Positions 8,692 through 17,408 of a stretch of DNA of 36,419 nt are shown here, one piece after another. The notes under the pieces were generated by a model. That model did not search any database. It had not been told where the DNA came from and saw nothing but the letters and a program-made list of their open reading frames with translations. The stretch spans positions 1 through 36,419 of the forward strand of contig JBELAT010000016.1 in assembly GCA_049508565.1 (NCBI GenBank), written 5' to 3'. This stretch comes from Endomicrobiales bacterium (GTDB lineage Bacteria > Elusimicrobiota > Endomicrobiia > Endomicrobiales > CAIRNS01). Made by a program: the position numbers and the translations under genes. How positions within the stretch are numbered: the first letter of the stretch is position 1; every line of letters starts with the position of its first letter.

Positions 8692-9443
8692 TAACCTCTG
8701 TGGAACGCGCCAAGCAGGGAAGCAGCATCTTCATCCAGCATGAAAACCGGTTCACCACCTAGAGGACGAACGCGCGCCGCCGGCAATGTCATATCATTGT
8801 TATCTATAACTTTACTGACCACTGCGGCCTTTTCCTTACCTGTCACAAGAAAAAACACGTGTGAGGCATTGTTTAACACCCCGAGAGTCAACGTCAATCT
8901 CTCCATGCCACCCCCTGAAGCAGATGTGACTATGTGCTGTGCATCATCATGTTGCAAGCTCTCCCCTGGAAACAGCGAAGCTGTGTGACCGTCATTGCCT
9001 AAACCCAGAAGGATAATATCGAAGGCGGGGATACCGCCTTTTTTGAGCTGAAAATAGTCCAGGATTTCAGTTTCGTATTCCTTAGCCGACAGTTCTGCCG
9101 ATTCTGTGATGTCTACGGGATGCACGTGTGAGGGAGGGATTTTTCCAGGCTGAATCAGATGTTCGTCAATCATTTTGTAATTGCTCATCGGGCTTTCTAT
9201 CGGCACCAACCGCTCATCAGCAAGGAAAATATGTATGGCGCTCCAGTCAATTGTATTTTCATGCGCGATAGCTTCATACAGTAGCGCGGGCGTGTTCCCG
9301 CCGGAGAGAGCCACCGCACAAAAACCCTTTTCGCGAATTGCACTAACGCTTATTGAAATGAAACGTTCGATAAAATAACGGAAAATATTTGTTTTCCCGC
9401 TAAAAATTTGTATTTCCCTGCCTCCGCACTCAAGGGTGTGCAT
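8691..9443 (-). CDS. pgl: 6-phosphogluconolactonase
   Basis: ORF 8691..9488. The likely start is Met16 (MHTLECGG...) at 9443, preceded by AAGGAG. Motifs: ALSGGNTP and LLGLGNDGHTASLFPG. Confidence 0.85.
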   Translation of the reverse strand: MHTLECGGREIQIFSGKTNIFRYFIERFISISVSAIREKGFCAVALSGGNTPALLYEAIAHENTIDWSAIHIFLADERLVPIESPMSNYKMIDEHLIQPGKIPPSHVHPVDITESAELSAKEYETEILDYFQLKKGGIPAFDIILLGLGNDGHTASLFPGESLQHDDAQHIVTSASGGGMERLTLTLGVLNNASHVFFLVTGKEKAAVVSKVIDNNDMTLPAARVRPLGGEPVFMLDEDAASLLGAFHRG

Positions 9444-9456
9444 TGCAGCATCTCCT

Positions 9457-10995
9457 TTATATCGGTGTGTGCCATTTCCTGCCGTCACGCTCTATAAGTT
9501 CGCGTGCAGCATCGGGCCCCCAGCTTCCGCAGGGGTAATTGGGAATATTTTTTTCCGAGGTTTTCTCCCAACTCTTCAAAATAGGCTCAACAATAGACCA
9601 TCTCGCTTCTACGCCTTCCTGACGGGAAAAATTCATAAGATTTCCCTGCATGAAGTCAATTATCTGGTTTTCGTAGGAAAGATGGGATCCAATAGTGTCA
9701 CTGTAGCTGAATTTCATATCAACCGGGTATGGATTGGCCGTTATCCCGCTCTGCCTGACACTAATGCGCAGCGAAATTTCCTCTTTAGGCTGAATGCTCA
9801 GGGTCAGGGCGTTGGGCATCAGTTCTTTGCATTCTTCTTTGAACAGCTGCAAAGGCGGTGTCTTGAACTGGACGTAGACTTCTGAAGCCTTGGCAGCAAG
9901 CCGTTTACCGGCGCGGATGTAGAACGGGATTCCAGACCACCGCCAGTTGTCTATATAAAATACGCCAGCAAAAAATGTGGGCGATTTCGATGTAGGCGAA
10001 ACCCCTTCCTCCTGGCGGTAACCCGGAACGGCTATATCATCCATAATGCCCGGTCCGTACTGGCCCAGCACGACATTTTTGACCGCCTCACTCTCGCTTA
10101 AGACCCGGACTGTGCGCAGGAGCTTGCCTCGTTCATCGCGTATCAGTTCAGCGTCAAAACCTATCGGCGGTTCCATGGCCACAAGAGATAACACTTGTAA
10201 GACGTGGTTTTGAACGACGTCTCTGACTACACCCATCTGTTCGTAGAGCGTTCCTCTGTGTTCAATGCCTATATTCTCGGCAACCGTTATCTGGACATGG
10301 TCGATATAACGCCGGTTCCACAGCGGTTCAAATATGCTGTTACCGAACCGGAAGAATATGATATTCTGAACGGTATCCTTGCCCAGGTAATGATCAATCC
10401 GGTAAATTTGCTTTTCATTAAAAACATCAAGCAGTAGCCGGTTGAGCGTCAGCGATGAATACCGGTCGAGGCCGAATGGTTTTTCAATGACGATTTTTGT
10501 ATTGAAAACTCCGGAACAGATAGAATGTTTTTTCAGTTGGCGTGCTATGGCGGGAAACAGTGAAGGCTGCACAGCACAATAGTAGACCAGGTTAGAATCC
10601 TCGGTATCAAGAAAAGGTGAGGTGTTGTGCACGACTTCGCATATCTTTGTATAAACATCATCTCCGTCGAGCTCACCGGTTAGGTAATGAATGTGCCCCA
10701 AAAATTCTTCGCATCGTTTTTTGTCGATGGGGGCGGGCAAAAAACGTTGTATCGATTCTCTGACAAGCGCTCGGTATTGATCGTCTGTATATCCGGGTAT
10801 ACCAACCGCTATGAGAGAAAACTCTTTGACAAGGTTGTCAGCGTAGAGATGAAACATCGCGGGCAACAGCATGCGCTGACTGAGGTCTCCCGCACCCCCG
10901 AACAAAATAATACAAAAAGGAGACATGGTAATTTTTTGGTTCATAAGGGTACATGCGGGTCCATTCTGTTCGGTTTTCGTTTCAAAGTTAATCAT
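9457..10995 (-). CDS. zwf: Glucose-6-phosphate 1-dehydrogenase
   Basis: ORF 9457..11031. The likely start is MINFETK at 10995, preceded by GGAG. Motifs: ILFGGAGDLSQR (NADP site), EKPFG, and the RIDHYLGKD active-site signature. Confidence 0.9.
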   Translation of the reverse strand: MINFETKTEQNGPACTLMNQKITMSPFCIILFGGAGDLSQRMLLPAMFHLYADNLVKEFSLIAVGIPGYTDDQYRALVRESIQRFLPAPIDKKRCEEFLGHIHYLTGELDGDDVYTKICEVVHNTSPFLDTEDSNLVYYCAVQPSLFPAIARQLKKHSICSGVFNTKIVIEKPFGLDRYSSLTLNRLLLDVFNEKQIYRIDHYLGKDTVQNIIFFRFGNSIFEPLWNRRYIDHVQITVAENIGIEHRGTLYEQMGVVRDVVQNHVLQVLSLVAMEPPIGFDAELIRDERGKLLRTVRVLSESEAVKNVVLGQYGPGIMDDIAVPGYRQEEGVSPTSKSPTFFAGVFYIDNWRWSGIPFYIRAGKRLAAKASEVYVQFKTPPLQLFKEECKELMPNALTLSIQPKEEISLRISVRQSGITANPYPVDMKFSYSDTIGSHLSYENQIIDFMQGNLMNFSRQEGVEARWSIVEPILKSWEKTSEKNIPNYPCGSWGPDAARELIERDGRKWHTPI

Positions 10996-11008
10996 ATAAA
11001 CTCCATCT

Positions 11009-11232
11009 TTATAACTGTGCGGTGAGCACAAGCGGTGATTTAGTTTCTAAAGATTTAATGATTCTGACTGCATCTGCGCCTTTTTCCGCATATAAGAGAT
11101 AGTCACCGCTTTGGACATTATAGGTACCTAGATCATCAAACGTATAATGCTTTATTTTAGATATTCTTTTATGTGTTGTTTAATTTCGTATCCTGCGTGG
11201 TCCGCTCCGAGAATGAATTTTAAGATTTTCAT
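11009..11232 (-). pseudogene. rpiB: Relic of a ribose-5-phosphate isomerase B gene (N-terminal third, frameshifted and truncated)
   Basis: My translation from ATG 11232..11230 is MKILKFILGADHAGYEIKQHIKEYLK then a stop. The next frame continues KHYTFDDLGTYNVQSGDYLLYAEKGADAVRIIKS.... Together this mirrors RpiB N-termini (MKI.IG.DH.G.ELK..I..YL...G.EV.D.GT......DYP.YA..VA..V). There is no ICGTG catalytic region. The ATG overlaps the rpe stop as ATGA. Confidence 0.7.
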
Positions 11233-11906
11233 GATCTGACCGCCAGTCGTCGTAGTTTCTTGATGTTGTCAATTGGGTCTCCAGTGAAGACGGCGCTGCC
11301 GGCCACAAGCCGTGTGGCTCCGGCCCGTACCGCACCGCCTATGGTATTTTCGTTTATTCCTCCGTCAACTGCTATTGAGAACCTGCAGTGGTATTTTTCT
11401 TTCAATTGACGTGCCTCGATTATCTTTTTTTCTGTAGATCGCATGAAACTCTGCCCGCCAAATCCCGGTTCAACCGTCATGATTAAAAGCGTATCGATTA
11501 CCGGCATTTCTTCCCTGACATAACTGAGTGAAGTTTTTGGCCTGACTGCAACTCCGGACTCCATCCCGAGTTTCCGGATAAGTTTAATGGTTTTCATTGT
11601 GTCGCAACATGACTCTCGATGGACGATGACCTCGTCAAGCCCGGCTTCGGCAAACTCTTTTATGTAGCGTTCCGGACGGTCTATCATAAGATGACCCGTA
11701 AAAAAAAGTTTGCTTCTGCGCCGTATTGACTTTATGACAACCGGTCCGAGCGTAATATTGGGAACGAAATGACCATCCATAACGTCAATGTGTATCCTTC
11801 GGCATCCGGCGCGGTTGACCTTTTCAAGCTCTTGATCGAGACAGCCGAAATTGGCCGACAGAAGAGACGGAACTATCTCTATACAATCAGGCTCGCAGGC
11901 TTTCAT
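11229..11906 (-). CDS. rpe: Ribulose-phosphate 3-epimerase
   Basis: ORF 11229..11984, with a likely start at MKACEPDCIEIVPSLLSANF at 11906. Motifs: HIDVMDGHFVPNITLGP, MTVEPGFGGQSF and VDGGIN. Confidence 0.9.
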   Translation of the reverse strand: MKACEPDCIEIVPSLLSANFGCLDQELEKVNRAGCRRIHIDVMDGHFVPNITLGPVVIKSIRRRSKLFFTGHLMIDRPERYIKEFAEAGLDEVIVHRESCCDTMKTIKLIRKLGMESGVAVRPKTSLSYVREEMPVIDTLLIMTVEPGFGGQSFMRSTEKKIIEARQLKEKYHCRFSIAVDGGINENTIGGAVRAGATRLVAGSAVFTGDPIDNIKKLRRLAVRS

Positions 11907-12873
11907 GAAAAACCGGCCTTTTCCGGGCGATCGCCCTTTTCGCTGCAGACGCAATATCCACGTCCTTGAGATGGAACTTAACAAGCAATTGCTCCGCGGT
12001 TCCGGTCTCGCCGAACCTATCTTTTATCCCGACCATTTCGATGGGCACCGGAAATGTGCGTGCGAGCACTTCGCTTACGGCCCCGCCGAGTCCCCCGATG
12101 AGCTGATGCTCTTCAGCGGTGACAATTGCACCGGTCTCCCGGGCGGCGGTTATTAATGCCTTCTCGTCAACAGGTTTGATGGTATGCATATTGATAACGC
12201 GAGCATCGATATTATCAGCGCGGAGCAGTTCCGCAGCTGACAGCGCCTCTGACACCATGACACCGCACCCTATCAGGGTGACATCACTGCCTTCTTTAAG
12301 GGTGTTGGCCTTACCGATCTCGAACGGATCTGTTTGTGCAGTTATAACCGGGAACGGCGCCCTACCCAACCTCAGATACAGCGCTCCAGTATGTTTGGTA
12401 ATTGCTTCCACCGCCTTTTTAGTTTCAACGGCATCACACGGGCAGACGACACTCATGTTCGGCATGACGCGCATTAACGCGATATCCTCAAGCGCCTGGG
12501 CACTGCCACCATCTTCGCCGACTGTTACTCCTGCGTGGGTTCCGACAAGCTTGACGTTTTTATTGTTATAACACACTGAAAGGCGTATCTGGTCACATGC
12601 CCGTCCGGTAAGAAATACGGCGAACGAACAGGCAAAGGGAATGAAACCCTCCGCACTGAGACCTGCGGCGGTGCTGACCATGTCCTGCTCAGATATTCCC
12701 ATGTTAAAAAATCGGTCGGGTATTTCTTTTTTAAATTTTTCTGCACGGGTAGCATCCTCGAGATCGCCGGAAAGAACTACTATCCTGGTATCCTTTTTTC
12801 CTATCTCGACAATTGTTTCTCCGAAAGCGTCACGTGTGGCTTTTGTCATTTCCCACTTCATGGTCCCCTCCAA
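11887..12873 (-). CDS. Transketolase, C-terminal (pyrimidine-binding + C-terminal domain) subunit of a split transketolase
   Basis: 328-aa ORF containing TRDAFGETIVEIGKKD, FFNMGISEQDMVSTAAGLS and GTHAGVTVGEDGGSAQALEDIALMR. These are typical of the two-gene transketolase form. Confidence 0.9.
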   Translation of the reverse strand: MEGTMKWEMTKATRDAFGETIVEIGKKDTRIVVLSGDLEDATRAEKFKKEIPDRFFNMGISEQDMVSTAAGLSAEGFIPFACSFAVFLTGRACDQIRLSVCYNNKNVKLVGTHAGVTVGEDGGSAQALEDIALMRVMPNMSVVCPCDAVETKKAVEAITKHTGALYLRLGRAPFPVITAQTDPFEIGKANTLKEGSDVTLIGCGVMVSEALSAAELLRADNIDARVINMHTIKPVDEKALITAARETGAIVTAEEHQLIGGLGGAVSEVLARTFPVPIEMVGIKDRFGETGTAEQLLVKFHLKDVDIASAAKRAIARKRPVFHESLRA

Positions 12874-12885
12874 TACGTCTATCGG

Positions 12886-13710
12886 CTAAAATCCCAATTC
12901 TTTCAACGCCGTTTCCAGTTCCGCCTGGTTTGGTGCTTTCCCGTGCCACTTGGCCTGATTCTCCATGTAAGAAACGCCTTTTCCTTTAACAGTTCTCGCT
13001 ATGATCACTGTCGGCACACCTTGTGTACTGCAGAAAACATCATATGCTTGCAAAAGCTGCGCAATATCGTGCCCATCGACTTCGATAACGTTCCAGTTAA
13101 AACTTTTCCATTTTGCAGCGAGAGGTTCCTCATTTTTAATCTCGGATACGGGACCGTTCTCCTGAACGGTGTTGGCATCGATTATGGCGCACATATTGTC
13201 AAGTTTATGGTGTGCCGCCGTCATGGCAGCCTCCCAGACCTGGCCTTCCTGTATCTCTCCGTCGCCGAGAAGGCAATAAACTTTAAAGTTCTTTTTGGCA
13301 AGCTTGGCACTGAGAGCGATACCGTTGGCGTATGACAGACCCTGACCCAACTCTCCTGACGAGAATTCTATACCCGGCACGATTGTGCTGACATGTCCTT
13401 GCAGTATCGACCCTAATTTCCTGTAGCGCAGGAGCTCTTCTTTTGGAAAATATCCCCTGTTGGCAAGGGTAACGTACATGACAGGGGAAGCATGTCCTTT
13501 TGACATGACGAATCTGTCGCGCTCTTCCCAGCCCGGGTCGTCGGGGCGAAGATTCATCCGGCAATAATAAAGACTGATAAGTATCTCAACCGCCGACAAC
13601 GATCCTCCGGGGTGTCCCGAACCCGCCGCCGTAAGAGTCTCAAGGATCTCTTTTCTAAATTGTCGCGCTGTTTCTTTTAGGGTGATCATATCGCACGCTA
13701 TTTCTTTCAT
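12886..13710 (-). CDS. Transketolase, N-terminal (thiamine-diphosphate-binding) subunit of a split transketolase
   Basis: 274-aa ORF containing GSGHPGGSLS, SKGHASP, and LLGDGEIQEGQVWEA (the GDG...N ThDP motif region). Confidence 0.9.
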   Translation of the reverse strand: MKEIACDMITLKETARQFRKEILETLTAAGSGHPGGSLSAVEILISLYYCRMNLRPDDPGWEERDRFVMSKGHASPVMYVTLANRGYFPKEELLRYRKLGSILQGHVSTIVPGIEFSSGELGQGLSYANGIALSAKLAKKNFKVYCLLGDGEIQEGQVWEAAMTAAHHKLDNMCAIIDANTVQENGPVSEIKNEEPLAAKWKSFNWNVIEVDGHDIAQLLQAYDVFCSTQGVPTVIIARTVKGKGVSYMENQAKWHGKAPNQAELETALKELGF

Positions 13711-13773
13711 AATAGTGTCTCCTGTGTAACGTTTTAAGTTCCGTCGTTTTGCTTTTCCTCTATTTTATTTCAG

Positions 13774-14328
13774 CTATTTAGGTTCAGCAACATTCATTAC
13801 GTAGTAGATTTTTTTAGCCTGACTGTCGTAAACCTCGTAATACATTTCCTTTTTCATGTTTTTGTCGGTGACGTATTGCTTCAAAACCGGGTATGCCTTC
13901 AAATGGCCTACCATATACGACAGAAAGTTTCTTATGGGAAATTCCGTTATAATACTTTCTTTGGCCGGTATAATTTTATATTTGAACATTTTACTTATCT
14001 CCGGAAGCCGCACGAGGTCATTCTCTTCGAGAACGAACCCAACATCGCTTCTCAACTCTTTTCTAGGAACATAATGGGGGTCATCGTAGTACACGGTGAG
14101 CGCGGTCTTGATTTTGAGACCCTGACCTTTGAGACGTGCGTGAATCTTTCTGTATACACCGGTTGTTTTTCTGTAATCCCCCACACACGGCGTGTATACA
14201 AAGTCGTATGGCCCCATAACTCTTTCCTGCGCGACAAGAGTCGTGAACATCCCCGCCTGGACAAGCTTTATAAACACACCCAAACACACAACAACAAATG
14301 CAAGCAATACATATTTTAAAATTTTCAT
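13774..14328 (-). CDS. Membrane-anchored GyrI-like (AraC effector-binding-fold) small-molecule-binding protein, function unknown
   Basis: 184-aa ORF with a GAGGAAG Shine-Dalgarno. It has one N-terminal TM helix (ILKYVLLAFVVVCLGVFIKLV). The remaining ~150 aa resemble the GyrI-like duplicated beta-alpha-beta-beta fold (GPYDxV, VYYDDP, GFVL). This is a weak, motif-level call. Confidence 0.4.
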   Translation of the reverse strand: MKILKYVLLAFVVVCLGVFIKLVQAGMFTTLVAQERVMGPYDFVYTPCVGDYRKTTGVYRKIHARLKGQGLKIKTALTVYYDDPHYVPRKELRSDVGFVLEENDLVRLPEISKMFKYKIIPAKESIITEFPIRNFLSYMVGHLKAYPVLKQYVTDKNMKKEMYYEVYDSQAKKIYYVMNVAEPK

Positions 14329-14461
14329 ACTTCCTCACTTTGTTCGAAATCAGAAATATGATATCTGGCACTGCTTACAACACCGATGTGTCAACATATT
14401 TTCCGGATCATCACTAATGCAGGCTACCTATGAACTATTGTCATTTTCTCAAACGCACATA

Positions 14462-15220
14462 TTATGATTTAGAAAGTGTTTTTACAGAGTGGCCACCGAA
14501 CTTGTTTCTTAGCGCTGCAATGATCTTAGCACTGTACGACTCTTTTTCTCTCGATCGCATCCTCTGAAGGAGCGAAAGCGTTATGATGGGCGCAGGAACA
14601 TTGTCGTTTATAGCCTCCGCCACGGTCCATCTGCCTTCCCCGGTATCATCCACGTATCCCGCGATGGACGTAAGATCCGCATCCTCACGAAACTGAGATT
14701 CCGCGAGCTCAAGAAGCCAGGAGCGTACGACACTCCCGTGGTTCCAGAGACCTGCTATTGTCTTAAGATCGAGATTAAACTCTTTTTTTTCGTGCATTAA
14801 CTCAAATCCCTCTGCATATGATTCCAACAAAGCGTATTCGATACCGTTGTGCACCATCTTGACATAGTGGCCTGACCCGCTGGTGCCTACATACGCATAC
14901 CCGTGTTCCGGAGCCAGCGAACGCAGGATGGGCTCAATAGTTTTAAATGCCACTTGTTCGCCGCCGGCCATGATGCAGTAGCCCTGCTCCAGCCCCCAGA
15001 CTCCGCCGCTGACGCCCGCATCGACAAAATATTTACCTTCGCTTTTATATGCCAATGCGCGGTTCAGTGAGTCTTTATAAAAAGAGTTTCCTCCATCGAC
15101 TACGATGTCGCCCTTTCCAATGAGCCCTCGCAATTGATCCACAACGGATCCTGTTATTTTTCCGGAAGGTACCATACACCATACTACCTTGACGGGACTA
15201 AGGCTTTCTACCAGTGCCAA
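14462..15220 (-). CDS. gnd: 6-phosphogluconate dehydrogenase (decarboxylating, short YqeC/Gnd-like type), 5'-truncated; possible pseudogene
   Basis: 252-aa ORF starting at TTG. It contains VVWCMVPSG, VDGGNS, DAGVSGG..G, GSGHYVKMVHNGIEYA and WNHGSVVRSWLLEL. The N-terminal ~45-50 residues with the GxGxxG NADP fold are absent. An in-frame TAA lies at 15272-15274, and no Rossmann motif occurs in any frame upstream. Confidence 0.75.
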   Translation of the reverse strand: MALVESLSPVKVVWCMVPSGKITGSVVDQLRGLIGKGDIVVDGGNSFYKDSLNRALAYKSEGKYFVDAGVSGGVWGLEQGYCIMAGGEQVAFKTIEPILRSLAPEHGYAYVGTSGSGHYVKMVHNGIEYALLESYAEGFELMHEKKEFNLDLKTIAGLWNHGSVVRSWLLELAESQFREDADLTSIAGYVDDTGEGRWTVAEAINDNVPAPIITLSLLQRMRSREKESYSAKIIAALRNKFGGHSVKTLSKS

Positions 15221-15325
15221 TAGCGAAGTCGCGGTTCGAACACCATAACTTATAATAAAATAATTGACACCTTATTGTAATGGCTTTTATAAATGTTTCA
15301 CTGATTTATATTTGGTTTTTTTGTT

Positions 15326-16111
15326 TTACCGGTAACTATGAAAACCATGAAAAAATAAGCCCGCCCCAATGAAAGTAAAGAGCACTGACGCGAATCCCAG
15401 CACGGCAATCACTGCAGAATACTGAGCCGTCTTCTTTGAACCACTGCGCATATGCATATACGTAGCGTACAACAGCCACGTAATAAGTGCACAGGTCTCC
15501 TTGGGATCCCATCCCCAATACCGGCCCCAGGCGGTATTGGCCCATACTGCGCCGGTGCTTAAACCTGCAGTCATGAGAGGAAATGCAATCAAAACCGCTC
15601 TGTAACCGAGTGTGTCCGTTTGTCTCAGATAATCAGGGTTCTTTTTACCTAACCCGGCAAGATGCAAAACACCCGCGACAAATGCCACAAAACAAGCGGA
15701 ATACCCAAGAAAATAGCTGACTACATGGATGACCAGCCAGTTGCTCTTGAGTGCTGGCATCAACGGCCGAATATGAACATCCTGCAGCGAAGCATACCCG
15801 AGGAGCACAAGACAAAAAAACGAGGAGTAACCCGCTAAGCCGTTTTTTATGATGTGTAGCCCATCCGTTGTCAGGCAGGCTGCTGCCAGAAAAAATGCGA
15901 AAAGGACCAGCGTTTCGTGCAGATTCGATACGGGAGGATATCCCAGCTCGTTCCATCGGATTATAACGGCCAGGAAATTGCAGGCGGCAGCCACAGCAAG
16001 AATGATTGATGCTACAGACCCCACGCGCACTTTAAGAAGAGGGATGCTCACAAAGAAGATAAAGGACAGGAAATATAAAACGAAGCTACTATCAAAGAGT
16101 AACAAGTACAT
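15326..16111 (-). CDS. ccsA: Cytochrome c biogenesis protein CcsA (System II haem-handling subunit)
   Basis: 261-aa polytopic ORF. It has the WWD-type motif WGRYWGWDPKE and flanking conserved His residues (NLHETL, IHVVSY, YMHM). Confidence 0.85.
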   Translation of the reverse strand: MYLLLFDSSFVLYFLSFIFFVSIPLLKVRVGSVASIILAVAAACNFLAVIIRWNELGYPPVSNLHETLVLFAFFLAAACLTTDGLHIIKNGLAGYSSFFCLVLLGYASLQDVHIRPLMPALKSNWLVIHVVSYFLGYSACFVAFVAGVLHLAGLGKKNPDYLRQTDTLGYRAVLIAFPLMTAGLSTGAVWANTAWGRYWGWDPKETCALITWLLYATYMHMRSGSKKTAQYSAVIAVLGFASVLFTFIGAGLFFHGFHSYR

Positions 16112-16607
16112 TTTTTTCCTGCCGTCGTTTCTTAAATACGGTTATGAGAACACCCGCGTTTAGCAAACCAAGACCGAAAAACACTGTCCCAGCACCGGGA
16201 TCTTTTACTACCATGAGATTAGTCCAACCCGGCTGCTCAGGGTTGTACCCAGCTTGATAGAACGTATAACCACCATATGAGAGAGGCCGGTTGACCTCAA
16301 TATTTTCACGAAGCGTGACTCTACCGTTTTCCATGATACTGACTGTGCTTTTGAACCCTTTTATCAGTCCCTTCCAGTTCTTTTTTTCGTAATTATCTAT
16401 AGTAAAATCATCGAGTTTTACGTCGAACCCGAGCCGATTATAGGTTCCGGCAGCATTCCTGTACCCGCTGCGCACCTGGTTTATGCTGAAATCAAGGGAA
16501 CCAACTTTCTTATAGAGAGCCGTTATCGCCGCACCGCAAAGGATAATGAGCACTGCCAGATGGCAGATGAGCATCCCGGGGTTGCCTTTACAGTTATACA
16601 ATCTCAT
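16092..16607 (-). CDS. Minimal ResB/Ccs1-like cytochrome c biogenesis protein (two TM helices plus a short periplasmic domain)
   Basis: ORF 16092..16688. The likely start is MRLYNCKGNPG at 16607, whose ATG overlaps the upstream stop as ATGA. TM1 carries a His (GMLICHLAVLIILCG). The periplasmic part has ResB-like segments (FDVKLDDFTIDNYE, FKSTVSIMENG, IEVNRPLSYGGYTFYQ), followed by a final TM. At ~171 aa it is far shorter than canonical ResB, which as I recall is several hundred aa. Confidence 0.6.
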   Translation of the reverse strand: MRLYNCKGNPGMLICHLAVLIILCGAAITALYKKVGSLDFSINQVRSGYRNAAGTYNRLGFDVKLDDFTIDNYEKKNWKGLIKGFKSTVSIMENGRVTLRENIEVNRPLSYGGYTFYQAGYNPEQPGWTNLMVVKDPGAGTVFFGLGLLNAGVLITVFKKRRQEKNVLVTL

Positions 16608-17407
16608 CTCAAAGCCTCGTGCGCCAAACTGGCGGCGTAGGCATGCAGTTTCTGCCGATAGGTTGTTGGCGGCAGTCCCATGAGACACTCTTCGCAGGTA
16701 TCAGATATACGGCGAATCTCTTCTTGAGGTACCGAAACTCCCGCATCTCCATCGAGTCGATCATCCGCTACCTGGTACAAAACCCCGAGTGAAAGCCCGA
16801 ATCCTGCTACGTTACGCAGCGTTTCGGGAGAAATATCTTTTTGTGCCGTAACAGCGCCACCGAGACAGGCGGCAGACATTAGTTTACCTGTCTTGTTCTG
16901 AGTAATTTTCCAGTAGTCCTCAACCGTCCGTTTCGTTCTTTTGACGTCAAGTAGTTGCCCGTAGCACATGGCGCTGGTCGCATCGATCATTACCGCTACA
17001 GCTTCACTGCCGCACATTCTACGCAACACATCAAAAGCCATTGTGTATAAAACATCTCCCAGCAGCACAGCACAGTCTCTACCATACTTTTTTTGCAAGG
17101 TCCGCTTTCCCCTCCTGAACGCTTCTTCATCCATGATGTCATCATGTATAAGGCTTGCGTTGTGAACGAACTCAACTGCAGCGGCAAACCCTACAGCTCC
17201 GCGTACCTCTGGTGAGCTTATGTCTTTATTGCTCATTGCGCGCGCACTCATCATGGTCAACATAGGCCGCAGATACTTGCCTTTTGCAGAGAAATGATAC
17301 CCAAGACATTTTCTGATCTCCTGTGGCTGACTATCCAAACAATCTGCCATAAGATTCTTGACGCTACCCAAATCGTCTTCAGTAAGCAGCTCTATATCCT
17401 TAAGCAT
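16604..17407 (-). CDS. Polyprenyl diphosphate synthase (trans-isoprenyl diphosphate synthase family)
   Basis: ORF 16604..17434, with a likely start at MLKDIELL at 17407. The first Asp-rich motif is LIHDDIMDEEAFRRGK and the second is YQVADDRLD. Confidence 0.85.
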   Translation of the reverse strand: MLKDIELLTEDDLGSVKNLMADCLDSQPQEIRKCLGYHFSAKGKYLRPMLTMMSARAMSNKDISSPEVRGAVGFAAAVEFVHNASLIHDDIMDEEAFRRGKRTLQKKYGRDCAVLLGDVLYTMAFDVLRRMCGSEAVAVMIDATSAMCYGQLLDVKRTKRTVEDYWKITQNKTGKLMSAACLGGAVTAQKDISPETLRNVAGFGLSLGVLYQVADDRLDGDAGVSVPQEEIRRISDTCEECLMGLPPTTYRQKLHAYAASLAHEALR

Positions 17408-17408
17408 A

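Noticed and set aside
11887-13710. Transketolase encoded as two ORFs, considered as a possible fifth frameshift lesion
   Set aside because: The split falls at the known domain boundary of naturally two-gene transketolases. Both halves have their own start, and a clean 12-nt spacer separates them. No sequence is missing.
15233-15240. GGTTCGAA (tRNA T-loop-like) at the gnd truncation junction, considered as a tRNA or tRNA-fragment integration site
   Set aside because: No complementary T-stem, acceptor stem or anticodon arm can be drawn from the flanking bases. In frame, the string simply encodes part of the Gnd-like peptide.
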